Source of the DNA: an uncultured Chloroflexia bacterium
Lineage (GTDB): Bacteria > Chloroflexota > Limnocylindria > Limnocylindrales > CSP1-4
Length of the DNA stretch: 64,000 nucleotides
Assembly: GCA_963813535.1 (NCBI GenBank)
Contig: CAWEZH010000002.1
Location: 1,440,001-1,504,000, forward strand
Direction of reading: 5' to 3'
This document shows positions 28,825 through 39,557 of this stretch, in pieces. Under the pieces are notes generated by a model. The model searched no databases, was not told the origin of the DNA, and saw nothing but the letters and a program-made list of their open reading frames with translations. Numbering within the stretch: the stretch's first letter is position 1; every line of letters begins with the position of its first letter. The position numbers and the translations under genes are program-made.

Positions 28825-31410
28825 GTGCGGGCCGTTCGGTATGCCAGTGTCGGGCTGGTGATCGTCCTCCTCGTCTGGATCGTCGCAGGCGCCGGAGCAC
28901 TCGTGTGGGTCACCGGCCGAGCCCTGCCGCAGACCACCGGCACGCTCCGGATCCCCGGGCTCGACGGGAGCGCCACCATCCGCCGGGACGTACACGGTGT
29001 CGCCCAGATCGACGCATCGACGCCGCACGATCTGTTCCTCGCCCAGGGCTATGCGCACGCCCAGGAGCGGATGTGGCAGATGGAGGTCTGGCGGCACATC
29101 TCGTCCGGCCGCCTGTCCGAGCTGTTCGGCCCCGGGTCCATCGACGACGACCGGTTCATCCGCACCCTCGGCTGGCGCGTCGCGGCCGAACGCGACATCG
29201 CTCTGCTCGCGCCCGAGACGCGAGCCGTGCTCGACGCCTACGCCGCCGGCGTCAACGCCTGGCTCGAGGCCAACCGCGACCGGCTCGGGCTCGCCTTCGT
29301 CGTGACCGGTGCTGACCCGGAGCCGTGGACCGCGCTGGACACCCTGGCGTGGGCCAAGGTCCAGGCGTGGAACCTCGGCGGGAACATGGGCTCCGAGATC
29401 TTTCGGTACCTCGCCGATGCGCGGCTCGGGGACCCGGCGCGGACCGACGAGCTGTTCCCGACCCGGGAGTTCGGGCCGGTCATCGTGCCGAGCGACGGCC
29501 AGGGCGCGCCGGAGGATGCCAGCACGCTCGCTCCGCCCGCGGCTGCCGCCGCTCCTCCCTCGCTGACCGCCGAGCAGCTCGACGCGTGGGCCGACGTCGG
29601 CCGGCTTGGCAGCGAAGCTCTGGCGGTCGCCGGTCTCGATACTGCGGGCGGCGGGTTGGCATCGCGCCACGCGATCGGATCGAACGACTGGGTGGTCGGC
29701 CCGGCGATGTCGTCGACCGGCGGCGCGCTGCTGGCGAACGATCCGCATCTCGGGATCTCGATGCCGTCGATCTGGTACATCAACGGGCTCCATTGCGCTC
29801 CGGTGACCGCGATGTGCCCGTACGACGTCAGCGGTGTGACCTTCCCGGGCGTGCCGGGCGTCGTCCTCGGCCACAACTCGCGCATCGCCTGGGGCGTGAC
29901 CAACGTCGAGCCCGATGTCCAGGACCTGGTCATCGAAACACTCGACACGGCCGATCCGACCCGGTACGTCGGCCCCGGTGGCACGCCACGGGACTTCATC
30001 GCGCGGACCGAGCGGATCGAAGTGAAGGGCGGTGCCCCGCTCGACATCACGGTCCGTGAGACCGTCCACGGACCGATCCTCAACGATGTCGACGATCGCC
30101 TCGAGGGGGCGCCGCTGATGGCCCTCCGCTGGACGTCGATCTCGCCGGACTCCGGCCCCGACCGGACGGTCGAGTCGTTCCTGCGGCTCATGGTCGCGAC
30201 CGACTTCGCATCGTTCCGGGAGGCGCTCACGGGGTTCGTCGGCCCCTCGCAGAACTTCGTGTACGCGGATGTCGATGGCCACATCGGCTACCAGATGCCG
30301 GGCGTCATCCCCACCCGCTCAGACCCGGACGATCGCGGGCTGCGCCCCGTGTCGGGCTCGGATGGCAGCGGCGAATGGACGGGCCGCATCCCGTTCGACG
30401 AGCTGCCGAGCGCGCTCGATCCCGAGGATGGCTGGGTCGTGACGGCCAACAACGCGGTCACCGACGAGGCGTACCCCCATTTCATCGGTGCCGAGTTCGA
30501 CCCCGGCTACCGGGCGGAGCGGATCATCGACCTGATCAACGACTACGGACAGGACGGGTTGAACGTCCCGGAGATGAGCGCCATCCAGAACGACACGGCG
30601 CCGCTCCGCGCCCGCGACATCGTCGTGGCTCTCGGCGACATCCGACCGTCCACGCCCGATGGCGCGATCATCGCCGCCCGCATCGCCGACTGGGACGGGG
30701 CGTGCCTGGTCGACAGCCGCGGCTGTGCCGCCTATATGGCCTGGGAGTACCGCGTGCTCCGCGCCATGTTCGACGACGAGCTGGGACCGCTTGCCCGCGA
30801 CTACGTCGGCAGCACGGCCAGCTGGGTGGCACTCGAGCAAGCGCTCGCCGATCCGGACTGGGCCTGGTGGGACGACACCACGACGCCCGGCGTCACGGAG
30901 ACATGGGAGCACGTCGTCGCCAGCGCGATGGACACCGCAGGCTCCGAGCTACGAGCGGCCTTCGGGGACCCCGATGGCTGGACCTGGGGACGGATGCACA
31001 CGGCCACCTTCGAAGAGCCGACCATCGGCACGAGCGGGATCGGACCGCTCGAGTGGTACTTCAACGCCGGCCCGGTTGCGGTCGACGGCGCCGACGGCGC
31101 GATCGACGCCTCCTACTACCGACTCGGGCGGGGCTACCCCGACCCGGACGATCCGACGGTCGAGCCGGCCGGGATGGATGAGCTGTTCACCGTCACCAAC
31201 CTGCCGTCCTACCGACTCGTGATGGACATGTCGGACCTCGACGGCGCCCGGATCGTGATCACGACCGGTCAGTCGGGCATGCCGTTCGACCGGCACTACA
31301 CGGACCAGATCGAACCGTGGCGGACCGGTGGGACGCTACCGCTGCCGTTCACGCCTGCGGCGATCGACGCCTCGACGGTGGCGACGCTCACCCTCGAGCC
31401 GGCGAGCTAG
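28825..31410 (+). CDS. Penicillin acylase family (S45) Ntn-hydrolase, N-terminally anchored
   Basis: AQGYAHAQERMWQM, GSNDW (catalytic Ser), LANDPHL, QNFVYAD, TANN, GQSG. Confidence 0.92.
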   Translation: MRAVRYASVGLVIVLLVWIVAGAGALVWVTGRALPQTTGTLRIPGLDGSATIRRDVHGVAQIDASTPHDLFLAQGYAHAQERMWQMEVWRHISSGRLSELFGPGSIDDDRFIRTLGWRVAAERDIALLAPETRAVLDAYAAGVNAWLEANRDRLGLAFVVTGADPEPWTALDTLAWAKVQAWNLGGNMGSEIFRYLADARLGDPARTDELFPTREFGPVIVPSDGQGAPEDASTLAPPAAAAAPPSLTAEQLDAWADVGRLGSEALAVAGLDTAGGGLASRHAIGSNDWVVGPAMSSTGGALLANDPHLGISMPSIWYINGLHCAPVTAMCPYDVSGVTFPGVPGVVLGHNSRIAWGVTNVEPDVQDLVIETLDTADPTRYVGPGGTPRDFIARTERIEVKGGAPLDITVRETVHGPILNDVDDRLEGAPLMALRWTSISPDSGPDRTVESFLRLMVATDFASFREALTGFVGPSQNFVYADVDGHIGYQMPGVIPTRSDPDDRGLRPVSGSDGSGEWTGRIPFDELPSALDPEDGWVVTANNAVTDEAYPHFIGAEFDPGYRAERIIDLINDYGQDGLNVPEMSAIQNDTAPLRARDIVVALGDIRPSTPDGAIIAARIADWDGACLVDSRGCAAYMAWEYRVLRAMFDDELGPLARDYVGSTASWVALEQALADPDWAWWDDTTTPGVTETWEHVVASAMDTAGSELRAAFGDPDGWTWGRMHTATFEEPTIGTSGIGPLEWYFNAGPVAVDGADGAIDASYYRLGRGYPDPDDPTVEPAGMDELFTVTNLPSYRLVMDMSDLDGARIVITTGQSGMPFDRHYTDQIEPWRTGGTLPLPFTPAAIDASTVATLTLEPAS

Positions 31411-31423
31411 GCCGGCGACCCGC

Positions 31424-31762
31424 CTAGGACTCGCTCATCTCCAGCGGGCCGTCGGGCACCTCGATCAGCACGCGGCCGTCCTCGACCACGACGGGGTAGA
31501 CAGCAAGCGGTTCTTCGGCGGGCGGATCGAGCGGCTCGCCGTTCGAGAGGTCGAAGCGCGACAGGTGCAGCGCACAGGTCAGCGTGCCGTTGGTCAGGAA
31601 GCCCTTGTCGAGCTCGAAGTACTCGTGCGAGCAGACACCCTGGACCGCGGTGAACTCGCCGCCCTGGTTGATGACGAGGACCTGGTCCGTGCCGTCCACG
31701 AACACCATCTGCATCTCGCCGTCGCCGACCTCGTCGATGCCGACCAGGTCGATCCGTCTCAT
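31424..31762 (-). CDS. Rieske-type ferredoxin
   Basis: CSH...CALH Rieske ligands. Confidence 0.9.
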   Translation of the reverse strand: MRRIDLVGIDEVGDGEMQMVFVDGTDQVLVINQGGEFTAVQGVCSHEYFELDKGFLTNGTLTCALHLSRFDLSNGEPLDPPAEEPLAVYPVVVEDGRVLIEVPDGPLEMSES

Positions 31763-31811
31763 CTGTTCGCCCCGCCCACCCGGGGCCGTCGCGACGGAGG
31801 TTGTGGAGGCA

Positions 31812-33179
31812 TCAGGCCGCAGCCTCGCCGGTGACCCCGTCGGTGCCCGCGATCCACTTCTGTTCGAGCAGCTCGCGCAGTCGATCCTGCGCAGATGCCA
31901 GCGGCACGCGCGCCACGACCGGCTCGAGGAAGCCGAGCACGATGAACTTGCGCGCCTCGTCTGGCGGGATGCCGCGCGACTCGAGATAGAAGAGCTGGGT
32001 CTCGTCGATCGGCCCGACCGAGCTCGAGTGCATCGCCCGACGGCAGTCGGGCTGGTCGATCTCCAGGCTCGGGATCGCTACCGAACGGGCCGACTTCGAG
32101 AGATTCATGCCGAACTCGCCGAGGAAGCTGTCTGTCCCGTGCGCCGAGCGTTCGATCGTGATGAGGCCCTTGAGGTACGTGCGGGACTTCTCGAGGAGCG
32201 CCGCCTTCGACAGCAGGTCGCCGGTCGTATCTCGGCCGATGTGCGTCGTATACGACGTCAGGTCGAACAACTGCTCGTCGGAGCCGAACACGATCTCGAC
32301 CTGCTGGACGGAGCTGCGATCGCCGACGAGGCGGTTCTCGACGCGACCACGGACGAGACGACCGCCGAGCTGGGCCAGCGCCCACTGGAGGTGGGCGGCT
32401 TCTCCGATGCTCGCCGTCCGATGCTGGAACGTGACGATGTTGCCGGGAAGTTCCTGCAGGCTGGCCACCTGGAGCGATGCCCGATCGCCCAGCACGACCT
32501 CCATCGTGCCGGCGAAGTACGACTGGGACGCCGCCTCGTCCGCGCCATCCGCAGGCACGAACTCCTCGACCACGGACGCCTTCGCGCCCTCGCCGAGCCG
32601 GACGAGCGTGCGTGTCATCAGGGCCCGATCGGGAGCGCCGAGTGCCCAGCGGATGACGATCGGCTTCGACAGCGTGGCTCCCGCCGGGATGTCGACCACC
32701 ACGGCCTGGCTCCAGAGCGCCCGCGTGAGCTGCGCGAACTTGTCGTCGGCCGGCAGTCCCGGTGAGCGGTCCAGCAGGTCGCGAGCCACATCGGCCCTGC
32801 GGCCGTGCAGCTCGGCGAATGTCGTGAGTTCGACCCCGGCGTTCTGCGCCGCATCGGAGAGCGCCCAACCCGTGACGTCACCCTCGCTGAGCACGAGCAG
32901 GCCGTCCGCGTCGGCGGGGAGCTCCGCCGCGACGCGTTCGGTTGCCGCATCCCAGGTCACGCGAGCCGCATCCAACTCTGCCAGGCGCAGATCGATGTAG
33001 GGCGTGTACAGGAGGTTCGATTCCCCCGGCAATGCGGACCAGGTCTCGAGCGCCTCGAGCCGGTCGTCGACATCGCCGAGTGCCAGTCCTTTGATCCGGT
33101 GCTCGAGGTCGCCCCGATCGAGGTCGAGGGACAACGCATCGAGGGCCCGCCGGGCGGGCCTGGGTCGGGCGGTCGTCAT
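31812..33179 (-). CDS. sufD: Fe-S assembly protein SufD
   Basis: Beta-helix SufBD fold motifs, PSLEI...HSSSVG, LFYLESRGI. Confidence 0.9.
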   Translation of the reverse strand: MTTARPRPARRALDALSLDLDRGDLEHRIKGLALGDVDDRLEALETWSALPGESNLLYTPYIDLRLAELDAARVTWDAATERVAAELPADADGLLVLSEGDVTGWALSDAAQNAGVELTTFAELHGRRADVARDLLDRSPGLPADDKFAQLTRALWSQAVVVDIPAGATLSKPIVIRWALGAPDRALMTRTLVRLGEGAKASVVEEFVPADGADEAASQSYFAGTMEVVLGDRASLQVASLQELPGNIVTFQHRTASIGEAAHLQWALAQLGGRLVRGRVENRLVGDRSSVQQVEIVFGSDEQLFDLTSYTTHIGRDTTGDLLSKAALLEKSRTYLKGLITIERSAHGTDSFLGEFGMNLSKSARSVAIPSLEIDQPDCRRAMHSSSVGPIDETQLFYLESRGIPPDEARKFIVLGFLEPVVARVPLASAQDRLRELLEQKWIAGTDGVTGEAAA

Positions 33180-33969
33180 GCCTCGCTGGCGGCCGCCTGC
33201 TCCTCGGCAAGGCGCTTGGAGAAGACACGCAGTGCGCGCCGGGTCTTCGTTTCCTGTCCCGCGCTCGACTTGATCCCGCGGCTGGCCAGGAACGATCGCG
33301 CCTCGGCGGCGGCCTGGAATGCCTGCCGAGGCAGCGTCTTGGTGGACAGCTCCAGCGTCACGGTCGAATCGGGGAAGATCCACAATTCGGCGACCATGCG
33401 TTCGGCGAAATCGCGGGGCACCCACTTGAGCTTCAAGACGAAGATCGGCCCCAGGATCGACAGGTCATCGAGCGAGATCCCAGCCGGAGCGTGGGCGTCG
33501 AAGAATGCCCGCTGGGACTTCGAGAACAACTTGCGGATCGGGCGCTCCCCGCGAAGCGTGCTCCAAACCGCGCCCTCCTTGAGGGGCGCGGTGAGTGCGC
33601 CGGAGCAGACGAATGCGCCCGGGATCGCGTCGACCTCGACGACGAACCCTGGCGTGGCCCGAAGGTCGGACGGCAGCTGGGAGGGATCGACCGGGCGGAG
33701 CTTGATGGTGGAGTCGTCGCCCTTGCCCTGGACCCGTCGAGCCCGCGCCACGACACCGGCCTTGCTCAACTGCAGGTCGGGCGTGTCGAAGAACACGACC
33801 TGGCGGATCTGCGCGCGGAGCGGGTCGAGGTCCAAGGCGCGAACGGCCGTTTGCCGGTCCGCATCCGCCACCATCATCTTCAACTCGACCGAATCCGACC
33901 GGTTGATCGTCGCCATCAGCTCCTGGAGTTCCTCATCCGTGAGGCGTTCCCGAGCTGGCGCTACCTCCG

Positions 33970-33973
<4 letters not shown>
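33176..33973 (-). CDS. CYTH-like (triphosphate tunnel) protein
   Basis: VELK (ExExK-like), FFDTPDL.L, RARR, TIKLR, ELW, LELSTK, TKT. Confidence 0.75.
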
Positions 33974-35373
<1,400 letters not shown>

Positions 35374-35443
35374 GCGGGCCTCGGTTCCGGGGTACGGATC
35401 GGGGGACGCGAGGGGATGGCCAAGCCGCCCCGTCGCGTGTGGG

Positions 35444-35485
35444 AATTCCGAGTCAGATTATCGGGATTAACGCGCAGACAGTCAA
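35444..35485 (-). promoter_or_regulatory. suf promoter with overlapping Rrf2-type (IscR/CymR-like) operator
   Basis: TTGACT-N19-TAATCT; dyad AATTCCGA-N9-TCGGGATT at 35444-35468 spans the -10. Confidence 0.6.
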
Positions 35486-35565
35486 CGAGCCGCCAGGGCG
35501 CCCGCAGGCGGAAATGGCGACACCGCCCCGGTCGGGGCGGTGTCGTGGCTGCGATCAGGTAGTCG

Positions 35566-36216
35566 TCAGGCGCGAGCCGGCATGTCCTGTCCGACCGGCT
35601 GGTCGGTCCCGAGACCCTCGGGCAGCGGCGTCGGTGGCTCGGCGAACGGGCTGTTCGTCGACCCGATCGAGTCGCTGTACGACGACGATGCGACGCCTGC
35701 GGTCGGGGCCGCGTCGAACGCTCGCGTCTCGTCGTCGAGGTCCCACGCCGATCGGCGCTCGGCCATCCGCTCGCGGGCGCGCTGTGCTCCCTCGCGCAGC
35801 CGCGTCTTCACGCCCGGCGAGTTCGCGAACGCCCAGGTCACCAGACCGAGGGTCACCAGGCCGGCCAGGACGAAGGGCATGCGGCCCACGCCGCTGGACT
35901 TGACGAGCCCGGCCGATTCGGCGGCCTTGCGCGCGTCCTTGGCGACTTGCTTCCCGTTGTCGCGCGCCGTGTCGGCGACTTGCTTTGCGGCGTCGGTCAC
36001 CTTGCTCATGTCGACGCTGGGGATCTCCACCGACGTCACGTCGACGCGGGGCATGTCGAAATCGTGCCGGAAGTCCGCCAGCTCCTTGCGGACCTCGCGG
36101 AGCTCCTTGCGCGCATCGCCCAGCGCTTTGGCGATGTCGTCGCGCGACATCTCGGGTAGTCGGAGCTCAGGCAGACGGAAGTCCCGTCGGAAGTCCTTGA
36201 GATTCAACTCTGGCAT
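35566..36216 (-). CDS. Hypothetical protein with helical region and one TM segment
   Basis: GAGGAGG RBS, good codon bias, no recognised domain. Confidence 0.7.
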   Translation of the reverse strand: MPELNLKDFRRDFRLPELRLPEMSRDDIAKALGDARKELREVRKELADFRHDFDMPRVDVTSVEIPSVDMSKVTDAAKQVADTARDNGKQVAKDARKAAESAGLVKSSGVGRMPFVLAGLVTLGLVTWAFANSPGVKTRLREGAQRARERMAERRSAWDLDDETRAFDAAPTAGVASSSYSDSIGSTNSPFAEPPTPLPEGLGTDQPVGQDMPARA

Positions 36217-36342
36217 GGCTCGCCTCCTCGTCACAGTTCGGTCAAGGATACGCCCGTCGACGGCGCAGCCCTCTGTGGTGAACGGCGGATGGAGGTTGCA
36301 GTCGCGTACCAGCCTGTGGATGCCGGGTTCGTGACGTGCGGA

Positions 36343-37155
36343 TCAGGGACGGAGCGTCTTGGTCGCCCAGGAGCCGCGGTTACCGTTGCGGTCGCGCTCG
36401 CGGATGCGGACTTCATAGACCCAGCCCCGACGCCACCACTTCGTCACGCTCCGGGACGTCGTCGATCCCAGGTCGTGCCATGCGCCACCGGCGACCCGCC
36501 ACTGGACCTGGAAGGACCGGTGCCCGGCGGTCAGGACCTGGAGCCGGGTATCGCCGCCCGACCAACGAACGGTGCCCCTCGCCCAACGGGCGTTGATGTT
36601 GCTCTTGGTGAAGGACCCGGCTCTCGCGTAGCCGCCCGTCCGGTCCGGGCCGCGGAGGTAGACGCCGGCCCAGTACCGCGTCCCGTCGTCGGCGACCGCC
36701 AGACCGAAGCCGACGTAGTTGTAGTCGTTCGAGAGGACGATCGCCTTGTGACCGGACGAACCCATCCACCCCTGGACGGCGAACTTTGCCGAGTAGTCGA
36801 GGGGTCCGGCAGTGTTCCACGCGATGATCTCGCCCGCTCCGTACCAGCGGATCCCGGCCGCCTCGATCATGTCGAAGACGTCGGTGCCATTCGACTGCGT
36901 GTGGCTGAAGCGTCCGGTCGCGGCCATGTATTCCGCCCGGTCGCGCGCGAGCCCTGCGAGCCGTGGGTCGTACCGCAGCTTCACCAGGCCCCGGTCGGTC
37001 CGGCGTGCGTTGGTCAGGGTCAGGGCTGTCTGCTCGGCCGAGGAGACGGCGGCACTGCTGGTGTCGTAGGCGGTCGCGGTGACCCCGGGAACGAGTGCCG
37101 CGACGATGGCGATCCCGAGCGCGAGGGGACCCAGGGACCGCAGGCGGGTAGGCAT
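36343..37155 (-). CDS. Secreted CAP/SCP-domain protein
   Basis: Signal peptide, TNARR, FSH, AGEIIA, WMGSSGHKAIVL, VGFG. Confidence 0.88.
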   Translation of the reverse strand: MPTRLRSLGPLALGIAIVAALVPGVTATAYDTSSAAVSSAEQTALTLTNARRTDRGLVKLRYDPRLAGLARDRAEYMAATGRFSHTQSNGTDVFDMIEAAGIRWYGAGEIIAWNTAGPLDYSAKFAVQGWMGSSGHKAIVLSNDYNYVGFGLAVADDGTRYWAGVYLRGPDRTGGYARAGSFTKSNINARWARGTVRWSGGDTRLQVLTAGHRSFQVQWRVAGGAWHDLGSTTSRSVTKWWRRGWVYEVRIRERDRNGNRGSWATKTLRP

Positions 37156-37360
37156 GACCGAATGGTCCGGAGTCGCGGCCCGCAGGGAAACCGCTCACGG
37201 GTCCCAACGAGCGTCGGCGGATGGTCCCGCGACGACCCTCCCGCAACGGCCTCGACCACACCCGACCGCGACGGTCTATACCCGGGCCGGCTGGAGCGTC
37301 GTCGGCGCCGTCAGGCCCGACCTGCGACGATGGGGCACACGACCAACGAGGAGGAACACC

Positions 37361-37804
37361 ATGCCTGCCGTCCGACGCGCCGAGGTCGCCTGGTCCGGCG
37401 ATCTCGCCACTGGCAACGGGACCGTCAGTGCCATCTCCAGCGGCGCTTTCAGCGACCTGCCGGTCAGCTGGGCCGCGCGGACCGAATCATCCGATGGGTT
37501 GACGAGTCCGGAGGAGCTGGTCGCCGCGGCGCATGCGTCGTGCTACGCCATGGCCTTCTCGGGGATACTCGGGCGGGCCGGAACCCCGCCCGAACGCCTG
37601 GCGGTGTCGGCGGAGGTGACGTTCGACAAGCTTGAGCCCGGTTGGCGCGTCATCTCGAGTCATCTGACCGTCCGCGGTCTCGTCCCGGGCATCTCGAACG
37701 AGGACTTCGCCGCCGCCGCGGATGCGGCCAAGGACGGCTGCCCGATCAGCCACGCGCTGAAGGGCAACGTCGAACTGAGCGTGGACGCGGCCCTCGAGTC
37801 CTGA
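37361..37804 (+). CDS. osmC: OsmC peroxiredoxin
   Basis: W.GDL..G.G, SPEELVAAAHASCY, AKDGCPISHAL. Confidence 0.93.
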   Translation: MPAVRRAEVAWSGDLATGNGTVSAISSGAFSDLPVSWAARTESSDGLTSPEELVAAAHASCYAMAFSGILGRAGTPPERLAVSAEVTFDKLEPGWRVISSHLTVRGLVPGISNEDFAAAADAAKDGCPISHALKGNVELSVDAALES

Positions 37805-37828
37805 CGCTCGAACGGTCGTCGCCGAGCG

Positions 37829-38767
37829 TCAGCCGACGGTCAGCAGTCGTCGCGGATTGGCGACTGTGATCGTCGCGATCTCGCTATCGCTGACGCCGGC
37901 GTCGCGCGATCGAGGCAGGAACGTCCGGGCGAGATAGGTGTAACCGTTCCCGCCGTACCGGCTCAGTTGCGAGTCGTGGCATACGTCCTGGGACAGCAGG
38001 ATCCGGTCCGCATGCCCTCGCGAGAGCAGCTCGCAGAGCAGCTCGACGACACGTCCCTCGCCATGTCGTTCCGTCGGCGTGAACGACATCCCGAGGAAAT
38101 CGAACTCCACGCTCGCACCCCGTTCGACGATCGCCAGGTAGTGGTCGAGGTGCGGGTATGAGTCGGCGTGGCCGATGACCACGCGCGCGGGGTCGACGCC
38201 CTCGTCCTCGAAGATCCGCAGCTGTTCGAGCCCGACCGGCGACAGCACGCTGTGGGTCGTGATCGCGAGGCCCGTGCGCCTCGCGGCCCGAGCGGCCGCT
38301 CGATGGACACGCTCCTCGAGTGCCGATACCCATGGCTTGTCGGTCCCGATCTCGCCGATGATCCCTGGGCGCACGCCCGTGTCGCCGACGCCGTCCGTCA
38401 CCTCACCGACGAGCTCGTCCGCGAGGTCGTCGACCGAGCGGCGGTCGATGCCTGCCTCGGCGGGGTAGTACGCACCGCGGTACCAGCCGCAGCCCATCAC
38501 CACGTTGAGATCCGAAGCACGGGCGATGCTCGACAGCCAGCCGGGGTCGCGGCCGACCCCGGGCTGGGTCAGGTCGACCAGGCTGGCGCCGCCGGCAGTC
38601 TTGAATGCCGCGAGCTCCTCGAGGATCAGCTCGTCGTTGCGCGTCAGCTGCCAGTAATCCCAGCGGTCGGGGACATGCCAGAGCGCGATCTGGGTGTGCT
38701 CGTGCGGAAGGGTGAACCCGAGCTGGTCCGGGTCGACCGGGCCCAGGACCGTCTGGACGTGCGGCAT
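37829..38767 (-). CDS. Phosphotriesterase-related (PHP-like) amidohydrolase
   Basis: VQTVLG, HEH, GEIG, TTH, IGHAD, LSQD. Confidence 0.9.
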   Translation of the reverse strand: MPHVQTVLGPVDPDQLGFTLPHEHTQIALWHVPDRWDYWQLTRNDELILEELAAFKTAGGASLVDLTQPGVGRDPGWLSSIARASDLNVVMGCGWYRGAYYPAEAGIDRRSVDDLADELVGEVTDGVGDTGVRPGIIGEIGTDKPWVSALEERVHRAAARAARRTGLAITTHSVLSPVGLEQLRIFEDEGVDPARVVIGHADSYPHLDHYLAIVERGASVEFDFLGMSFTPTERHGEGRVVELLCELLSRGHADRILLSQDVCHDSQLSRYGGNGYTYLARTFLPRSRDAGVSDSEIATITVANPRRLLTVG

Positions 38768-38779
38768 GGCCGCCCGATG

Positions 38780-39421
38780 CTACGCCGTGACGACCGCGGG
38801 TCGCTCGCCGCTCCGGACCGCCAGCAGCACGTCGAGCACGGCGGTCGCGCGGCGGATCGCATCGTCGGGCCGGTACGAGTCGCCAGCCTCGATCCGCTGC
38901 AGCAGCAACCCGTCCAGCAGGGCCATGAACCCGCGCGCGAATCCTTCGACGTCGAGCCAGTCCGGGAGCTCGCCGCGGGCGATCCCTTCCTGCAGGAGCA
39001 ACTGGGCGGCCCCGAACAACCGCTCACGTCGGCGCACGAGCATCTCTCGAACGCCCGGCTCCTCGCCCGCCTCGGCCCACGCTCGGACCAGCCCGACCTG
39101 GCCGGGCGCATCGCCGAACTCGTCGATCGTCTCGACGTAATAGTGGATGGCGGCGTGCAGTCGATCCGCGGTCGAGGTGAGCGGCGCGAGTCGGGCCGCC
39201 AGCTCGTCGAGACCCTTACCCGAGATCAGGTCACAGCTATGGAGGAACAGTTCCTCCTTGCCACTGAAGTGCGTGTAGATCGCTCCGACCGATAGCCCGG
39301 ATCGGGCGACGACATCCGCGATCGTCGCGCGGTGGTAGCCCTTCTCCGCGAAGACGGCCACGGCCGCTCCGATGATGCGGTCACGGACCTGCTGTTCCTG
39401 GGCGGCCGACAGACGAGGCAC
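38780..39421 (-). CDS. TetR-family regulator
   Basis: FAEKGYH.ATIADV...GLSVGAIYTHF.GKEELF; divergent from MMPL. Confidence 0.92.
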   Translation of the reverse strand: MPRLSAAQEQQVRDRIIGAAVAVFAEKGYHRATIADVVARSGLSVGAIYTHFSGKEELFLHSCDLISGKGLDELAARLAPLTSTADRLHAAIHYYVETIDEFGDAPGQVGLVRAWAEAGEEPGVREMLVRRRERLFGAAQLLLQEGIARGELPDWLDVEGFARGFMALLDGLLLQRIEAGDSYRPDDAIRRATAVLDVLLAVRSGERPAVVTA

Positions 39422-39494
39422 GGGGACGAGCTCCAAAACGAATGCTTGCTCTGACAACGGTACCGCCGCAACACGCTCAACGCAACGTCCAGCG

Positions 39495-39524
39495 TTGACA
39501 AAGGGAATACCCATTCTCTATGGT
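39495..39524 (+). promoter_or_regulatory. MMPL promoter with dyad in the spacer (probable TetR operator)
   Basis: TTGACA-N18-TATGGT containing AGGGAAT-ACCC-ATTCTCT. Confidence 0.65.
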
Positions 39525-39557
39525 TGCACCGACCGAAACCGCCCGTCTGGTGACCCG

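Noticed and set aside
36245-36285. GGCGTATCC shared with the SigK-like gene's upstream (about 27190) as a common ECF promoter
   Set aside because: Only the -10-like part matches; the -35 regions differ.
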